Below, in pieces: positions 19,631 to 29,592 of a stretch of DNA of 64,000 bases. Source of the DNA: Minisyncoccia bacterium (GTDB lineage: Bacteria > Patescibacteriota > Minisyncoccia > UBA6257 > 2-01-FULL-56-20); the NCBI GenBank assembly GCA_050008535.1, contig JBEKML010000001.1, forward strand, positions 130,246 through 194,245, written 5' to 3'. Every line of letters begins with the position of its first letter. Position 1 is the stretch's first letter. The notes under the pieces are model-generated. The model made no database searches. It saw only the letters and a program-made list of their open reading frames with translations, and was not told the origin of the DNA. The position numbers and the translations under genes are program-made.

Positions 19631-20460
19631 TGCCCAACAAATTTCTCGGACAACATTTTTTGAAGAATGCGGCGATCGCGCAAAAGATCGTCGCCGCGCT
19701 CCAGCCGGAACACGGCGACGTTATTTTTGAAATCGGCGCGGGGCACGGCGAGCTTACGCGGCTCCTTGCGGAAGCCTGCACAAAGAACGGATGCGAACTT
19801 TTCGCGATCGAAAAAGACCGGCACCTCGCGGGTGAGCTCGCGCAGCGATTTAAAACGAATGGCGTGGAAATTATTGCGGATGATGCATTGGCATTTTTCA
19901 CATCATCGCTCCCCGAAAAATCGCGGGGCCGCTCATATAAAATCGTCGGCAACATCCCCTATTATTTCACTGGCCGCCTGTTCCGGGTCGTGAGCGAACT
20001 CGAGGCGAAGCCAGCGCGATGCGTCCTCATGGTCCAGAAAGAGGTGGCGGAGCGGATCGCCGCAAAACCGCCGAAGATGAACCGGCTTGCGGCAAGCGTA
20101 CAATTCTGGGCAGACGTAAAAGTGATAGCTCCGGTCCCTAGAGAAAATTTCCTGCCGGCGCCCAAGGTGGATTCCGCAATCATATCGCTGGACTTAACCA
20201 ATGACAAAAAGCGTGCAGAAAACATCCCGGCGGATCACTACTATGCGGCGGTACGAAGCCTCTTTGCGCAGCCAAGGAAGACTGTGCTCAACAACTTGGG
20301 AGGGCACGGGACGCAGGAAGAGAGGGAAATGGCCGCATCCATTTTAAAAAAAATCGGTGTCCCGCAAGAATCGAGGCCGCAAAACCTTACCGTGGAAGAA
20401 ATCATGGCAATTGCAAAAGCCATCCTTAATGAGCGTTTTGGGGATAACCACATGGCTTGA
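19630..20460 (+). CDS. rsmA: 16S rRNA (adenine1518/1519-N6)-dimethyltransferase RsmA/KsgA
   Basis: GQHFL, the SAM-binding EIGAGHGELT motif and NIPYY. The start overlaps the pcrA stop (TGATG). Confidence 0.9.
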   Translation: MPNKFLGQHFLKNAAIAQKIVAALQPEHGDVIFEIGAGHGELTRLLAEACTKNGCELFAIEKDRHLAGELAQRFKTNGVEIIADDALAFFTSSLPEKSRGRSYKIVGNIPYYFTGRLFRVVSELEAKPARCVLMVQKEVAERIAAKPPKMNRLAASVQFWADVKVIAPVPRENFLPAPKVDSAIISLDLTNDKKRAENIPADHYYAAVRSLFAQPRKTVLNNLGGHGTQEEREMAASILKKIGVPQESRPQNLTVEEIMAIAKAILNERFGDNHMA

Positions 20461-20488
20461 CAGCGCCTTTGCGCTATAATCTATATAA

Positions 20489-22276
20489 ATGATAGACGTA
20501 AAGAAACTGGTCGTCGGGTTTCTGGTTTTGGCTGCCGCGACGGGCTCTTCGGCTTTCATTATCTCAACCACCAGCACCCTCTCCGCAAACAACGCCTCAC
20601 CACCGCCTTCAAGCCCCGTAGCCGCCCCACTGCTCAGCGGTAATGCATTCGTGGCTCAACCTGCGGTTCCGGACATGAGCGACGTCGGCGTCGCGGGGCT
20701 TACCGATCCAACCCTCACCTCTTCAACCGAGACACAAGCAACGGACCCAAACAATCTTACCGAGGTGTTGGCGGGTTCGTTTCTCAACAACCTCGTCTCG
20801 GCGAACCCTGCCGGCGTTCAGACGGGACCGGATGGCAACACGATGCTCATAGCGCCGGACAACGGCGCGATCATCGCCCAACTCACAAAGAACGATGCGT
20901 TTAAAAAACTCCCCATCCCCAATTGGGATATAGAAGCGGCGGAGCAACCGATTATGATCGAAACGAGTTCTTCCCCGAATGCTTTAGCAAATTACAGCGA
21001 TGCGGTAAAAAATATCTTTAACCAGTATTTTGTAGAAACCAATCTCCAGAGCATGCTCGATCAAAACGCCGACCCGAACGCCGCCGGCTACGTTCATGAC
21101 CAAATCCAGAGCGCATTGCAAAACGTCGGCGGACTCAAGGTCCCGGCGGCGGCGGCGGATTTTCAAAAAAGCATCGTGAAGCTCTTGGTTTACGAAAAGA
21201 ATCTGGCGGAACTTGTCCGGAGCGCTTCGGGCGACGACCCCCTTAAGGCCGTGCTCGTTTTTCAAACGCAACGCGAGAAGTACTCCGCCACGCTTCAAGA
21301 TTTCAAAAACGAGCTGCAAAAAAATCCCGCAGGACAAATATTTTCTTCCAATGGAGATTCCCGGCAAGAACGTTCTGGCGTAGCCGTATTTCTCCGGAAC
21401 CTCGTTGGGATAAAAACCGCCAACGCCCAATGGCTGACGTTTGATGCGTCGAATTTTGCGCAAATGCTCCTTGACTATGCAAACAACATCATTCTCCAGA
21501 TTCTCAAAAATTTGATCATGAAGCTGATGCAGAATACCGTCCTGAAATGGATCAGCGGCAAGGGTGTCCCGCGCTTCATACAGAACTGGGGCAGGACGCT
21601 TGTGAACTCCTATACCACCGCAGCGGTCAATGCAATAGATCAACAAATGGCGTGCATCAATCCATCGCTCGCCCCGCGGCTAAGTGTCCTTTTTCAAGTT
21701 CCCTCTTTTAATAATGGAGGTGGCGGATTCTGCGCCATCCAGTTTCAAAATCAGTTGGCCGGAAACAAGCTGACGCAGTTTTACAACAGCTTCGAACAAG
21801 GCGGCGTTGATTCCTACCTGAAGCTGTTCCAGCCGGGCGGCAACGACTTCGGCATCCTTATAGACATCCAAGACCAGGCAATGGCGGCAGGAGGGAACAG
21901 CAAGAATGCCACACAGGCGAAATCCGCCGCTAACCAGGGATGGACCGGCAACGAACAATGCGCCGATGGTAGCGATCCGAACGGGGTGCACAATCATTGT
22001 ATAGACTCAAAGGGTGTTGGATCCTATACCAATCCAGATGGGACCTGCGACCCCGGTCTCTTCTCGGAAGAAGTAGGAAATGGCGGCAAATGCGCCAACG
22101 GCGAAGATCCTCTCACTACATCCCCCGGCCAGGTTACGGGACAGGTATTCAACTCAACAGTGAAGGGCGGCCCTGAACTCGTCACTGCAGCGAACGACAT
22201 TGTGGGACTCTTAAATGCCTTCCTTACTTCCCTCCTTAACTCCCTTGCAAGCGCCGCTATAAATTCCCTCAAGTAA
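20489..22276 (+). CDS. Hypothetical secreted/membrane-anchored protein (first gene of the T4SS-like cluster)
   Basis: N-terminal signal anchor. Gln/Asn/Ala-rich. No recognisable domain. Confidence 0.45.
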   Translation: MIDVKKLVVGFLVLAAATGSSAFIISTTSTLSANNASPPPSSPVAAPLLSGNAFVAQPAVPDMSDVGVAGLTDPTLTSSTETQATDPNNLTEVLAGSFLNNLVSANPAGVQTGPDGNTMLIAPDNGAIIAQLTKNDAFKKLPIPNWDIEAAEQPIMIETSSSPNALANYSDAVKNIFNQYFVETNLQSMLDQNADPNAAGYVHDQIQSALQNVGGLKVPAAAADFQKSIVKLLVYEKNLAELVRSASGDDPLKAVLVFQTQREKYSATLQDFKNELQKNPAGQIFSSNGDSRQERSGVAVFLRNLVGIKTANAQWLTFDASNFAQMLLDYANNIILQILKNLIMKLMQNTVLKWISGKGVPRFIQNWGRTLVNSYTTAAVNAIDQQMACINPSLAPRLSVLFQVPSFNNGGGGFCAIQFQNQLAGNKLTQFYNSFEQGGVDSYLKLFQPGGNDFGILIDIQDQAMAAGGNSKNATQAKSAANQGWTGNEQCADGSDPNGVHNHCIDSKGVGSYTNPDGTCDPGLFSEEVGNGGKCANGEDPLTTSPGQVTGQVFNSTVKGGPELVTAANDIVGLLNAFLTSLLNSLASAAINSLK

Positions 22277-22279
22277 CCT

Positions 22280-24631
22280 ATGAAGAAAAAATTTCTTAAG
22301 TTTTCCGTCCCTCTTGGATTTTTGCTTTTCCTCGGGTCCACACACTTCGCTTGTGCCGCCGACGCTCCCTCGACTCCCCCGGTCTCTTTCTCCCTTTTTG
22401 GATTGGGCGATCTCGCTTATATAGTCATTAGTAGGATAGCCTTCGGGATAAGCTATTTGATGGCCGTCGTCGGCGCTATTGTAATCGCTATGGAATCATG
22501 GCTCGTCGGGGTCATGCTAAACATAAACACCACCGTCTTTGATTCGCCAGTCGTTCAGAAAGGATTTGGTGTTACGTTATCCATCGCCAACCTCGGCTTC
22601 GTCCTTGGCATTATCGTGATCGCGATCGCCACAATTCTGCGCAGGGAAACGTACGGGATAAAGAAAATACTCTGGAAGCTTGTTTTTGCCGCCGTCCTCG
22701 TCAATTTCAGCCTGGTCATTATGGGGCCCATCTTCGGCTTCGCGAATTCCCTCACCCAATATTTCTTGAATTGCATTGATCCGTCCGTCAGTTGCAACGC
22801 CCCAAGCGGATTCACCGCCATGACCTCCATGAATGATTTTGCGGAAAGGCTTGCGGGGGCATTCAATCCACAAAGAGATTTTCTTTCCCTCGAAACAACA
22901 GCGAATACAAACGATCCAAAACTTGATAATATCGCCGGAGCGGCCTCCATCGGAGGAGCCAGCTTCGGGAAAATGATCGTCCCTATTTTATCGATGGTAT
23001 TTGTCGCCGTGGCCCTTATTGTCATTGTTATAGTGCTTGCCGTATTCGTCTTCATGCTCCTCGTACGCTATGTCTACATCGCCATCCTCGCGGTGCTCAT
23101 GCCTTTCGCATGGCTCGCGTGGATATTCCCCAGCCTTTCCAGCCATTGGAAGAAATGGTGGGACACCTTTTTCCGGTGGACATTCTTTGCTCCCATCGTG
23201 GTCTTTTTCCTCTGGCTTGCAATTGCGACGGCGGCGTCCATGAGCGAACCAACGACCAAATCTAATTTCGCCATGTACACCAGCAATAGTAACGAGCTCT
23301 GGGCGCCGATCGCAAACTTTCTCACCAACCTTTTCTCTCCGCTTATCCAAAACCTCCTAAATGAATTTATCCTTGTTGGACTTATGGTGGGAGGCATGAT
23401 CGCCGCGAACAAAATGAGTATCACGGGAGCGAGCGCGGCCGTGGGCGCCGTGAAGTCGGTTGGCAACGCGATGCAGGGGTACGCAACCAAACAAGCGAAG
23501 AAGGGCGCGCGCTGGACCTATCAGAGGGCCGGCGGCGCAAAACTAAACGAGAGGTTACAAAAGAGCAGGATTCCATTTACCTCTGCGCTTGGGAGAAGCA
23601 TGGCGGGCGTTACGGAAAAAGGAGGAAAGGACCTGGTTAAGGAAGCCGCAACGCAACTCAAGCTCGCGGGGATGAGCGACGAACAGCTCTTGATGGCAGC
23701 ACAAGGGGCAAGAGGCAAAGAAAACACTCTTGCAGTTCTCGCTGAGGCGCAGAAGCGCGGGATATTGAATAAGGTAGGGAAAATCGGCGGAGAAGAAAAT
23801 CTCAGCGCCTGGCTCGAGAAAAACCAGAGAACTTTTGGGGATTACGACCACGGAAAGCTTCATGGTGACGTCAACTTTGCCCTTGACTCGGACGAACGAA
23901 TGCGGAGAATTGCCAAAGCGCAAGGGGAGGCAAGGGCGATGGCGGGAGCGGTAGATGTTCACGGAATCCTGGGAGCGCCAGGGACGTTGGTATCGGCAGA
24001 AAGACTAGCTGAAGAAGCTAGGACACTTAGAAAACAAGCTAAAGACCCCATAGACGTGATGGCGGCAGAAAGCTCTTTAAAGAATGCGAATGATGCCCTC
24101 AGGAAAGCAGCTGATGAAGTGGAGGTGTCCGATGAGGTGGGCAAAGACGGGAAAACGCTCTTGGGTGGGCCTGCGGATCAGATGGTGAAAGCCGGGGAAC
24201 TCATGCGCGCGGCGGCGGAAGAATTCTTTAAGAATATAGACAGGGCCGATATTGCAAAATTCAAGCCGGGACAGATCTTCGGCGGCACGGCAAGCTTCGG
24301 CTTGTCCAGGGAAGCCATTGAGGCACTAAGCGAGGGGGTCGCCCATGGTCTGGCCGTGAAAACTCCTGCTCTTATGCCATCGCTAATTGGGAAGTTGGAT
24401 TCTTCAGAAAGACTCCAGCGTTTTGCTGATACTTATAGGGCCGCGATCGAAAAAGCTGCAACGGCGGCAGGGGGAGGAAGGATTAGCGCAACAGATGTCA
24501 CAAAATTAACCGAAGCGCTTAAGAGCGCTATGGGTAACCGCCTCGTTTGGGATTCTGGCGCTGCTGCTGCTCCTACGCCCACACCCACGCCAGCGCCCAC
24601 ACCGCCACCTGGTGGCGCGCCACGCCCATAA
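22280..24631 (+). CDS. VirB6/TrbL-like polytopic membrane protein with a long hydrophilic C-terminal extension ending in a PT-rich tail
   Basis: Signal peptide, then more than six TM helices in a TrbL-like arrangement. The C-terminal ~400 aa is a soluble coiled/charged region ending PTPTPTPAPTPPP. Confidence 0.5.
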   Translation: MKKKFLKFSVPLGFLLFLGSTHFACAADAPSTPPVSFSLFGLGDLAYIVISRIAFGISYLMAVVGAIVIAMESWLVGVMLNINTTVFDSPVVQKGFGVTLSIANLGFVLGIIVIAIATILRRETYGIKKILWKLVFAAVLVNFSLVIMGPIFGFANSLTQYFLNCIDPSVSCNAPSGFTAMTSMNDFAERLAGAFNPQRDFLSLETTANTNDPKLDNIAGAASIGGASFGKMIVPILSMVFVAVALIVIVIVLAVFVFMLLVRYVYIAILAVLMPFAWLAWIFPSLSSHWKKWWDTFFRWTFFAPIVVFFLWLAIATAASMSEPTTKSNFAMYTSNSNELWAPIANFLTNLFSPLIQNLLNEFILVGLMVGGMIAANKMSITGASAAVGAVKSVGNAMQGYATKQAKKGARWTYQRAGGAKLNERLQKSRIPFTSALGRSMAGVTEKGGKDLVKEAATQLKLAGMSDEQLLMAAQGARGKENTLAVLAEAQKRGILNKVGKIGGEENLSAWLEKNQRTFGDYDHGKLHGDVNFALDSDERMRRIAKAQGEARAMAGAVDVHGILGAPGTLVSAERLAEEARTLRKQAKDPIDVMAAESSLKNANDALRKAADEVEVSDEVGKDGKTLLGGPADQMVKAGELMRAAAEEFFKNIDRADIAKFKPGQIFGGTASFGLSREAIEALSEGVAHGLAVKTPALMPSLIGKLDSSERLQRFADTYRAAIEKAATAAGGGRISATDVTKLTEALKSAMGNRLVWDSGAAAAPTPTPTPAPTPPPGGAPRP

Positions 24632-24638
24632 AACCATC

Positions 24639-25655
24639 ATGTTAACTATTTCTAGGCAGCAAGCGCTTAAAAGATGGGACACCATTCCCGAAGCCCTTCA
24701 TGTTGCGCTCTTTTCCGATGCCAACACCGATTTCATCCGGAAAACATGCGAAGCCGAACATGTCCCCGCCGAAAAAATAAGTGATATCGCAGGGATCGCC
24801 GGCTACGTACTGCTTGGTTTCCTTCACCCGGAAGATCTCGCAGAAGAGTTGAAGGAGGCCACTGGCATAAACCCGCAGGTTTGCACGTCGGTCGCGAGCG
24901 CTATAAACTCCAGAATCTTCACGCCACTCAAATCAGAACTTGATAAAATTTATGAACCTCTTTCAACGCTTGGTAATGATGGTTCCGCCGGCCCGAAAAT
25001 CATAGAAGAGATCCAGGCCATGACGGGGACGGCTCCGCGGATAACAATCAGTGCTGCGCCGACGGCGCCCACAAAGCCAAGCTTGTCCGATGCGGGATGG
25101 TCAAAAACGACTGTTGAGCAGCCGGTGGTGCGGCTAAGCCAGACGCCGCCTGCCCCGCCCGTCGCAAAACCAACAATACCGACGTCGGCGCCGGCGCCAA
25201 CAATGCCGCCAAAGAAATCCGTTGGTGAATTTGAACGGTTAGCAATGCAAAGCAGTGCTCTAAAGCCGCAAGTGGCGGCTCCCATGGCATCCGCAGCGCC
25301 GGCGGCGTTGGCGATACCCACACCAAAGCCCGCCGAACCCGCGCCGGTCATCATCCACGAGGACGCAGTATTCAGACCGCAGCAAAAAGCGCCCGATTTT
25401 CATTTCGCGCTCCCCACCGAAAAAATTGACATGCAAAAACCGGCCGGGCCGCCGGCCTTGGGGGCCGCCGTTCTTGAGTTTGGGAAAACGCCGGCGGCGT
25501 CCGCGCCAAAACCGTCGGCTTCAACGCCGCGCGTGGTCCACTATACGGAATACCAACCGACCCCGAAGGGAACCGGGACGCCACCGACCTCCCCGCAAGG
25601 TCCGCGGCAAATAACCGAGGTCACCGCACCCCCGCCGCCACCGCCCAAAAAATAG
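24639..25655 (+). CDS. Hypothetical proline/alanine-rich protein
   Basis: Low complexity (PAPPVAKPTIPTSAPAPT). The start was chosen at MLTISRQQ. Confidence 0.35.
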   Translation: MLTISRQQALKRWDTIPEALHVALFSDANTDFIRKTCEAEHVPAEKISDIAGIAGYVLLGFLHPEDLAEELKEATGINPQVCTSVASAINSRIFTPLKSELDKIYEPLSTLGNDGSAGPKIIEEIQAMTGTAPRITISAAPTAPTKPSLSDAGWSKTTVEQPVVRLSQTPPAPPVAKPTIPTSAPAPTMPPKKSVGEFERLAMQSSALKPQVAAPMASAAPAALAIPTPKPAEPAPVIIHEDAVFRPQQKAPDFHFALPTEKIDMQKPAGPPALGAAVLEFGKTPAASAPKPSASTPRVVHYTEYQPTPKGTGTPPTSPQGPRQITEVTAPPPPPPKK

Positions 25656-25667
25656 AAAGGTGGGCGG

Positions 25668-25690
25668 CCCCGGCGAAAGCCGGGGTTTTT
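25668..25690 (+). terminator. Rho-independent terminator (ccccggc-gaaa-gccgggg followed by ttttt)
   Basis: Read directly. A TATAAT box at 25700-25705 follows, 6 nt before the prgI-like ATG. Confidence 0.6.
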
Positions 25691-25711
25691 GATTCGTATT
25701 ATAATAAACTC

Positions 25712-26221
25712 ATGCAGTTCCAAGTCCCGCAATTCATTGAAACCGAGGATAAGATCGTTGGGCCGCTTTCTCTTCGGCAATTTATCTATGTGGGTGTCGG
25801 TGTCGGCATCTCCGGCATGCTTTTTTTTATCCTTCAGTTTTGGCTGTGGGTGATCATCGCGGTCATTCTTGTTGGCGGTTCTGTTGCCATCGCATTCGTG
25901 AAGATCGGGGGGAGGCCGCTCGCGAAGGTCGTTCTCTCGGCTTTCAATTTTTATTGGAAGCCGCAGACCTATGTTTGGCAACCGGAGCACCCGCAACTTG
26001 AAAGAAGCAAGGCGCCGGCCGAAACCAAAGTACCCGCGAGGAACACAGTGATCGAAAAGATTGCCGAGGGAACGGCGCTCCATAAGAGCTGGGAAGACGT
26101 TCAAACCGGCAAAAAAATGTCCGCCAAACAGTTCACGGAGCAGAAAATGTCCGGCCGCTACGAGATTTTCCGGAAACTTATGGGCGATCGCGAAGCAGCG
26201 CGGAGAGTGGACTATCGCTGA
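25712..26221 (+). CDS. PrgI-family (VirB3-like) small membrane protein
   Basis: The N-terminal pattern VPQFIETEDKIVGPLSLRQFIYVGVG followed by two TM helices is typical of PrgI/TcpE proteins encoded just upstream of VirB4 in Gram-positive-type T4SS. Confidence 0.55.
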   Translation: MQFQVPQFIETEDKIVGPLSLRQFIYVGVGVGISGMLFFILQFWLWVIIAVILVGGSVAIAFVKIGGRPLAKVVLSAFNFYWKPQTYVWQPEHPQLERSKAPAETKVPARNTVIEKIAEGTALHKSWEDVQTGKKMSAKQFTEQKMSGRYEIFRKLMGDREAARRVDYR

Positions 26222-26243
26222 TAACAATGGGAAAATAGAGCCA

Positions 26244-26921
26244 ATGGCACCTAAACAAGATCTTGGCAATTCACTCGACCTCGTAAACATCAAGGAGATC
26301 CGGAACGATACGGTCATCGTGAAGAGCGGTGGCATGCGGCAGATCATAATGGTCGGCGGTGTGAATTTCGCGCTTAAATCGGAAATGGAGCAGAATATCA
26401 TGACGCAGGCGTACCAGAATTTCCTGAACGGCATTGATTTTCCGCTGCAGATCGTAGTTCATTCACGAAAAGTGAATATTGATAAATATATAGAAACGCT
26501 CCTTGTGCGGAAGGAAGCGGAGGAATCGGCATTGCTCCAGAACCAGATCGAGGAATACGTTGGGTTTATAAAAGGGTTCGTACAAAAGAACGCGATCATG
26601 GAAAAAACGTTCCTTGTGGTTGTCCCGTTCTACCCGGCGAACATCCTCCCCACTAAAAAAACCGCCTCAAGGTTCCTCCCTTTCCTTAAGAAAAAGCAGA
26701 ATGCGACCGAGGAAGCGAAGGATGCCGTGGAGGCCGAACGTATTCTCGCGGAGAACTTCGCGCAACTTGGCCAGCGGGTGGCCCAGGTAACGAACGGCCT
26801 TTCTGCCATCGGGCTTGAGACTACCGTCCTGAACGATGAGGCGCTTATCGAGCTCTTCTATAATTTCTACAACCCGCAGACTATTGAGAGAAAAAACATG
26901 GTTCTGCCCCAAGAAAAATAA
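26244..26921 (+). CDS. VirB4/PrgJ-like ATPase, N-terminal fragment (225 aa)
   Basis: DLVNIKEIRNDTVIVKSGGMRQIIMVGGVNFALKSEMEQ matches the conserved N-terminus of Gram-positive VirB4 homologues. The ORF ends with TAA 1 nt before the next ATG. Confidence 0.6.
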   Translation: MAPKQDLGNSLDLVNIKEIRNDTVIVKSGGMRQIIMVGGVNFALKSEMEQNIMTQAYQNFLNGIDFPLQIVVHSRKVNIDKYIETLLVRKEAEESALLQNQIEEYVGFIKGFVQKNAIMEKTFLVVVPFYPANILPTKKTASRFLPFLKKKQNATEEAKDAVEAERILAENFAQLGQRVAQVTNGLSAIGLETTVLNDEALIELFYNFYNPQTIERKNMVLPQEK

Positions 26922-26922
26922 C

Positions 26923-28656
26923 ATGCCCGACGAAAACCAGGATAAATTCAAGGACGTAAAACAGATCATTGCGCCGGCGGGCGCCCAGGTGTTCCCAAGC
27001 TATTTAAAGATCGGCGACAAGCTTGCGAAGACCTTTTTCGTCTTCTCCTATCCGCGCTACCTTGCGACGGGATGGTTCGAGCCGCTTATCAACCTTCCCA
27101 ATCTTTTTGATATTTCGATCTTTATAAATCCGATCGATACCGGCACGGCGCTCAAAAATCTCCGCAAGAAAGCGGGGCAGCTGGAGTCCCAAATGAACGA
27201 CGAACAGGACAAGGGGCTTGTGCGGAACCCGATGCTTGAGACCGCCATCAAAGACGTGGAGAATCTGCGCGACGCGCTTCAACAGTCGGAAGAGAAACTT
27301 TTTGACACCGGTGTTTATATTACGATCTATGCCGACGACAGCCAGGAGCTTGCCCGTCTTGAAAGTAAGCTTGTTACGATGATGGAGGCAAAGCTCATCT
27401 ATCTCAAGCCCGCGCTCTTTGAACAACTTGAAGGGCTTTCCTCCGTCCTTCCCCTCGATGAGGATAGCGTCCAGGTCTACACGCCGATGGACACGAACCC
27501 TATTTCCTCGTTTTTCCCGTTCGTCTCGGAAGACCTCTCGTCAAACCAGGGGATCATGTACGGCATCAATTTGCATAATAATAATTTGGTGATCTTCGAC
27601 CGCTTCTCGCTTGAGAACGCGAACCAGGTGGTCTTCGCGAAATCCGGTTCGGGAAAATCCTACACGACAAAGCTCGAGATCGTCCGCTCGCTTATGGCGG
27701 GCGTGGACATGGTGCTTGTGATCGACCCCGAGAACGAATATCAACGGCTTGCGAACACTTTTGGCGGCAGCATGTTCAACATCTCGCTCTCTTCGCACGA
27801 GCATATCAATCCGTTCGATCTTCCGCTTATCCCGGAGGGTGAAACACCGTCGGATGTCCTGCGCTCGCACATCGTGACCCTCGCAAGCTTATTGAAGCTG
27901 ATGTTGGGCAAGCTCACGCCGGAAGAAGATTCGATCCTTGACCGTGCGATCACCGAAACCTACGCCTCGCGCGAGATCGTCATTGATGCCGACTTTACCG
28001 GGAAGGAAGCGCCGCTTTTGGGCGATCTCGAAGTCGTGCTCCGCAACCTTGAGGGCGGCAAAGGCCTGGCGGAAAAACTCTATAAATACACCAAGGGGAG
28101 CTTCGCCGGGTTCTTGAATCAGCCGACCAATATTGATATCAATAATCGCCTTATTATTTTCTCCATCCGCGACCTTGAAGAGGAATTGCGTCCGATCGGG
28201 ATGTTCGTCGTCTTGAATTTCATCTGGAGCCTGATCCGCGCAAAACTCGCGAAGCGGCTGCTCTTTATTGATGAGGCGTGGATCATGATGAAGAACGAGG
28301 ACAGCGCCACGTTTCTTTTTGGCCTCGTAAAGCGCGCCCGTAAATACTTCCTGGGCGTATCCACCATCACGCAGGACGTGGAGGACTTTTTGCGCTCGCC
28401 GTACGGCCGGCCCATCATCACAAACTCGTCCCTGCAGATGCTTTTGAAACAGGCGCCGGCGACCATAGACGTCGTCGCGAAAGCGTTTGACCTTACCGAT
28501 GCCGAGAAAAATTTCTTGCTCAGCGCGGAGGTCGGCACCGGCATCTTCTTCGCCGGCAAGCGCCACGTGGCCATCCAAATCGTGCCATCGTATTTTGAGG
28601 ATCAGATCATCACCACGAACCCCGAGCAGCTGCTTGAGGAGAAAAAGGAACAATAG
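26923..28656 (+). CDS. VirB4/TraC-family conjugal-transfer ATPase, C-terminal portion with the ATPase domain
   Basis: CagE/TrbE/VirB4-type region (FFVFSYPRYLATGW), Walker A AKSGSGKSY and Walker B LLFIDEAW. Length is 577 aa. Confidence 0.85.
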   Translation: MPDENQDKFKDVKQIIAPAGAQVFPSYLKIGDKLAKTFFVFSYPRYLATGWFEPLINLPNLFDISIFINPIDTGTALKNLRKKAGQLESQMNDEQDKGLVRNPMLETAIKDVENLRDALQQSEEKLFDTGVYITIYADDSQELARLESKLVTMMEAKLIYLKPALFEQLEGLSSVLPLDEDSVQVYTPMDTNPISSFFPFVSEDLSSNQGIMYGINLHNNNLVIFDRFSLENANQVVFAKSGSGKSYTTKLEIVRSLMAGVDMVLVIDPENEYQRLANTFGGSMFNISLSSHEHINPFDLPLIPEGETPSDVLRSHIVTLASLLKLMLGKLTPEEDSILDRAITETYASREIVIDADFTGKEAPLLGDLEVVLRNLEGGKGLAEKLYKYTKGSFAGFLNQPTNIDINNRLIIFSIRDLEEELRPIGMFVVLNFIWSLIRAKLAKRLLFIDEAWIMMKNEDSATFLFGLVKRARKYFLGVSTITQDVEDFLRSPYGRPIITNSSLQMLLKQAPATIDVVAKAFDLTDAEKNFLLSAEVGTGIFFAGKRHVAIQIVPSYFEDQIITTNPEQLLEEKKEQ

Positions 28657-28676
28657 CGACCACCGGGCGCACGCAC

Positions 28677-29576
28677 ATGGACGACGAAAACAAGGAGGAA
28701 GGTAAAATAGATTGGTTCAGCACCGAGGCGGTCACCATTTTCACCACCGCGTTCATTGGCGATGTTCTTTGTGTTCTGTTCTTGCCTCACTATATTGCCG
28801 GTGCCATGGCATATAGTTTTTTATGGCCGAAAACGCATGGCTTTCTGGCAAAAACGGTTCTCGTCATAGCATTTTTGATCCCCATTCCTTTTATCCTTTC
28901 TTTGGGCGCGTGGCTCGCGATATTCCTATCTAACAAGATCATCGCTGCTATCGCCACGCAGGTGGTGATCCAAGCCGTCGCAGCCGGCACGGGCGGCGCC
29001 GGAGAGGCACTTGAAGTGGGTGCCGTCGCCGCAGAAACAGCGGAGGTGGGGGCGGCAGCGGCCGAAGCAGGGGCGGCGGCGACAGAGGTTGGCGCGACAG
29101 CAGTAGAAACGGGGGCGGCGGCAGGCGGAACAACAGGAGCGGGCGCAGCAGCGGCAGAAACAGGAGGGGTGGCGGCAGAAGGGACCGAAGCAGCGGGAGC
29201 CGCCGGAGGAGGTGCCAGGGTCACGGGAGAGGGCGTAGGCGCAGGGGAAGGCGCAGGGGAAGGCGCTGCTGGAGAGGCTGGCGCACCCGAGGTGGAGCCA
29301 GAGGCACTTGGCGAAGAAAGAGAACCGATGGAAAAACTCGAAAAAGAACTTTTTAAGGAAACACCAAAAACAGAGGGTCCTGCCGAGGCTCCGGAAGAGG
29401 AGACGCCCCAAAAAGAGGAAACCGACGCCGAGAAAAAGACCCGCGAGGCTCGCGAAAGAGCTGAAAAGATTAAGGAATGGATGGATCGGCTCCGACCGAA
29501 GGAAGAGGAGGAAGAAGGCAAGGCGGAGGACGAAGAGGAAGAAAATGGCGGAGAAGATATGCCCTTGGCGGCATAA
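28677..29576 (+). CDS. Membrane protein with a long Ala/Gly/Glu/Thr low-complexity region and an acidic C-terminus
   Basis: N-terminal TM helices, then (A/G/E/T)n repeats encoded by GCN-rich DNA. The C-terminus is a Glu/Lys-rich tail. Confidence 0.4.
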   Translation: MDDENKEEGKIDWFSTEAVTIFTTAFIGDVLCVLFLPHYIAGAMAYSFLWPKTHGFLAKTVLVIAFLIPIPFILSLGAWLAIFLSNKIIAAIATQVVIQAVAAGTGGAGEALEVGAVAAETAEVGAAAAEAGAAATEVGATAVETGAAAGGTTGAGAAAAETGGVAAEGTEAAGAAGGGARVTGEGVGAGEGAGEGAAGEAGAPEVEPEALGEEREPMEKLEKELFKETPKTEGPAEAPEEETPQKEETDAEKKTREARERAEKIKEWMDRLRPKEEEEEGKAEDEEEENGGEDMPLAA

Positions 29577-29592
29577 AAGAAGGCGATAAACA

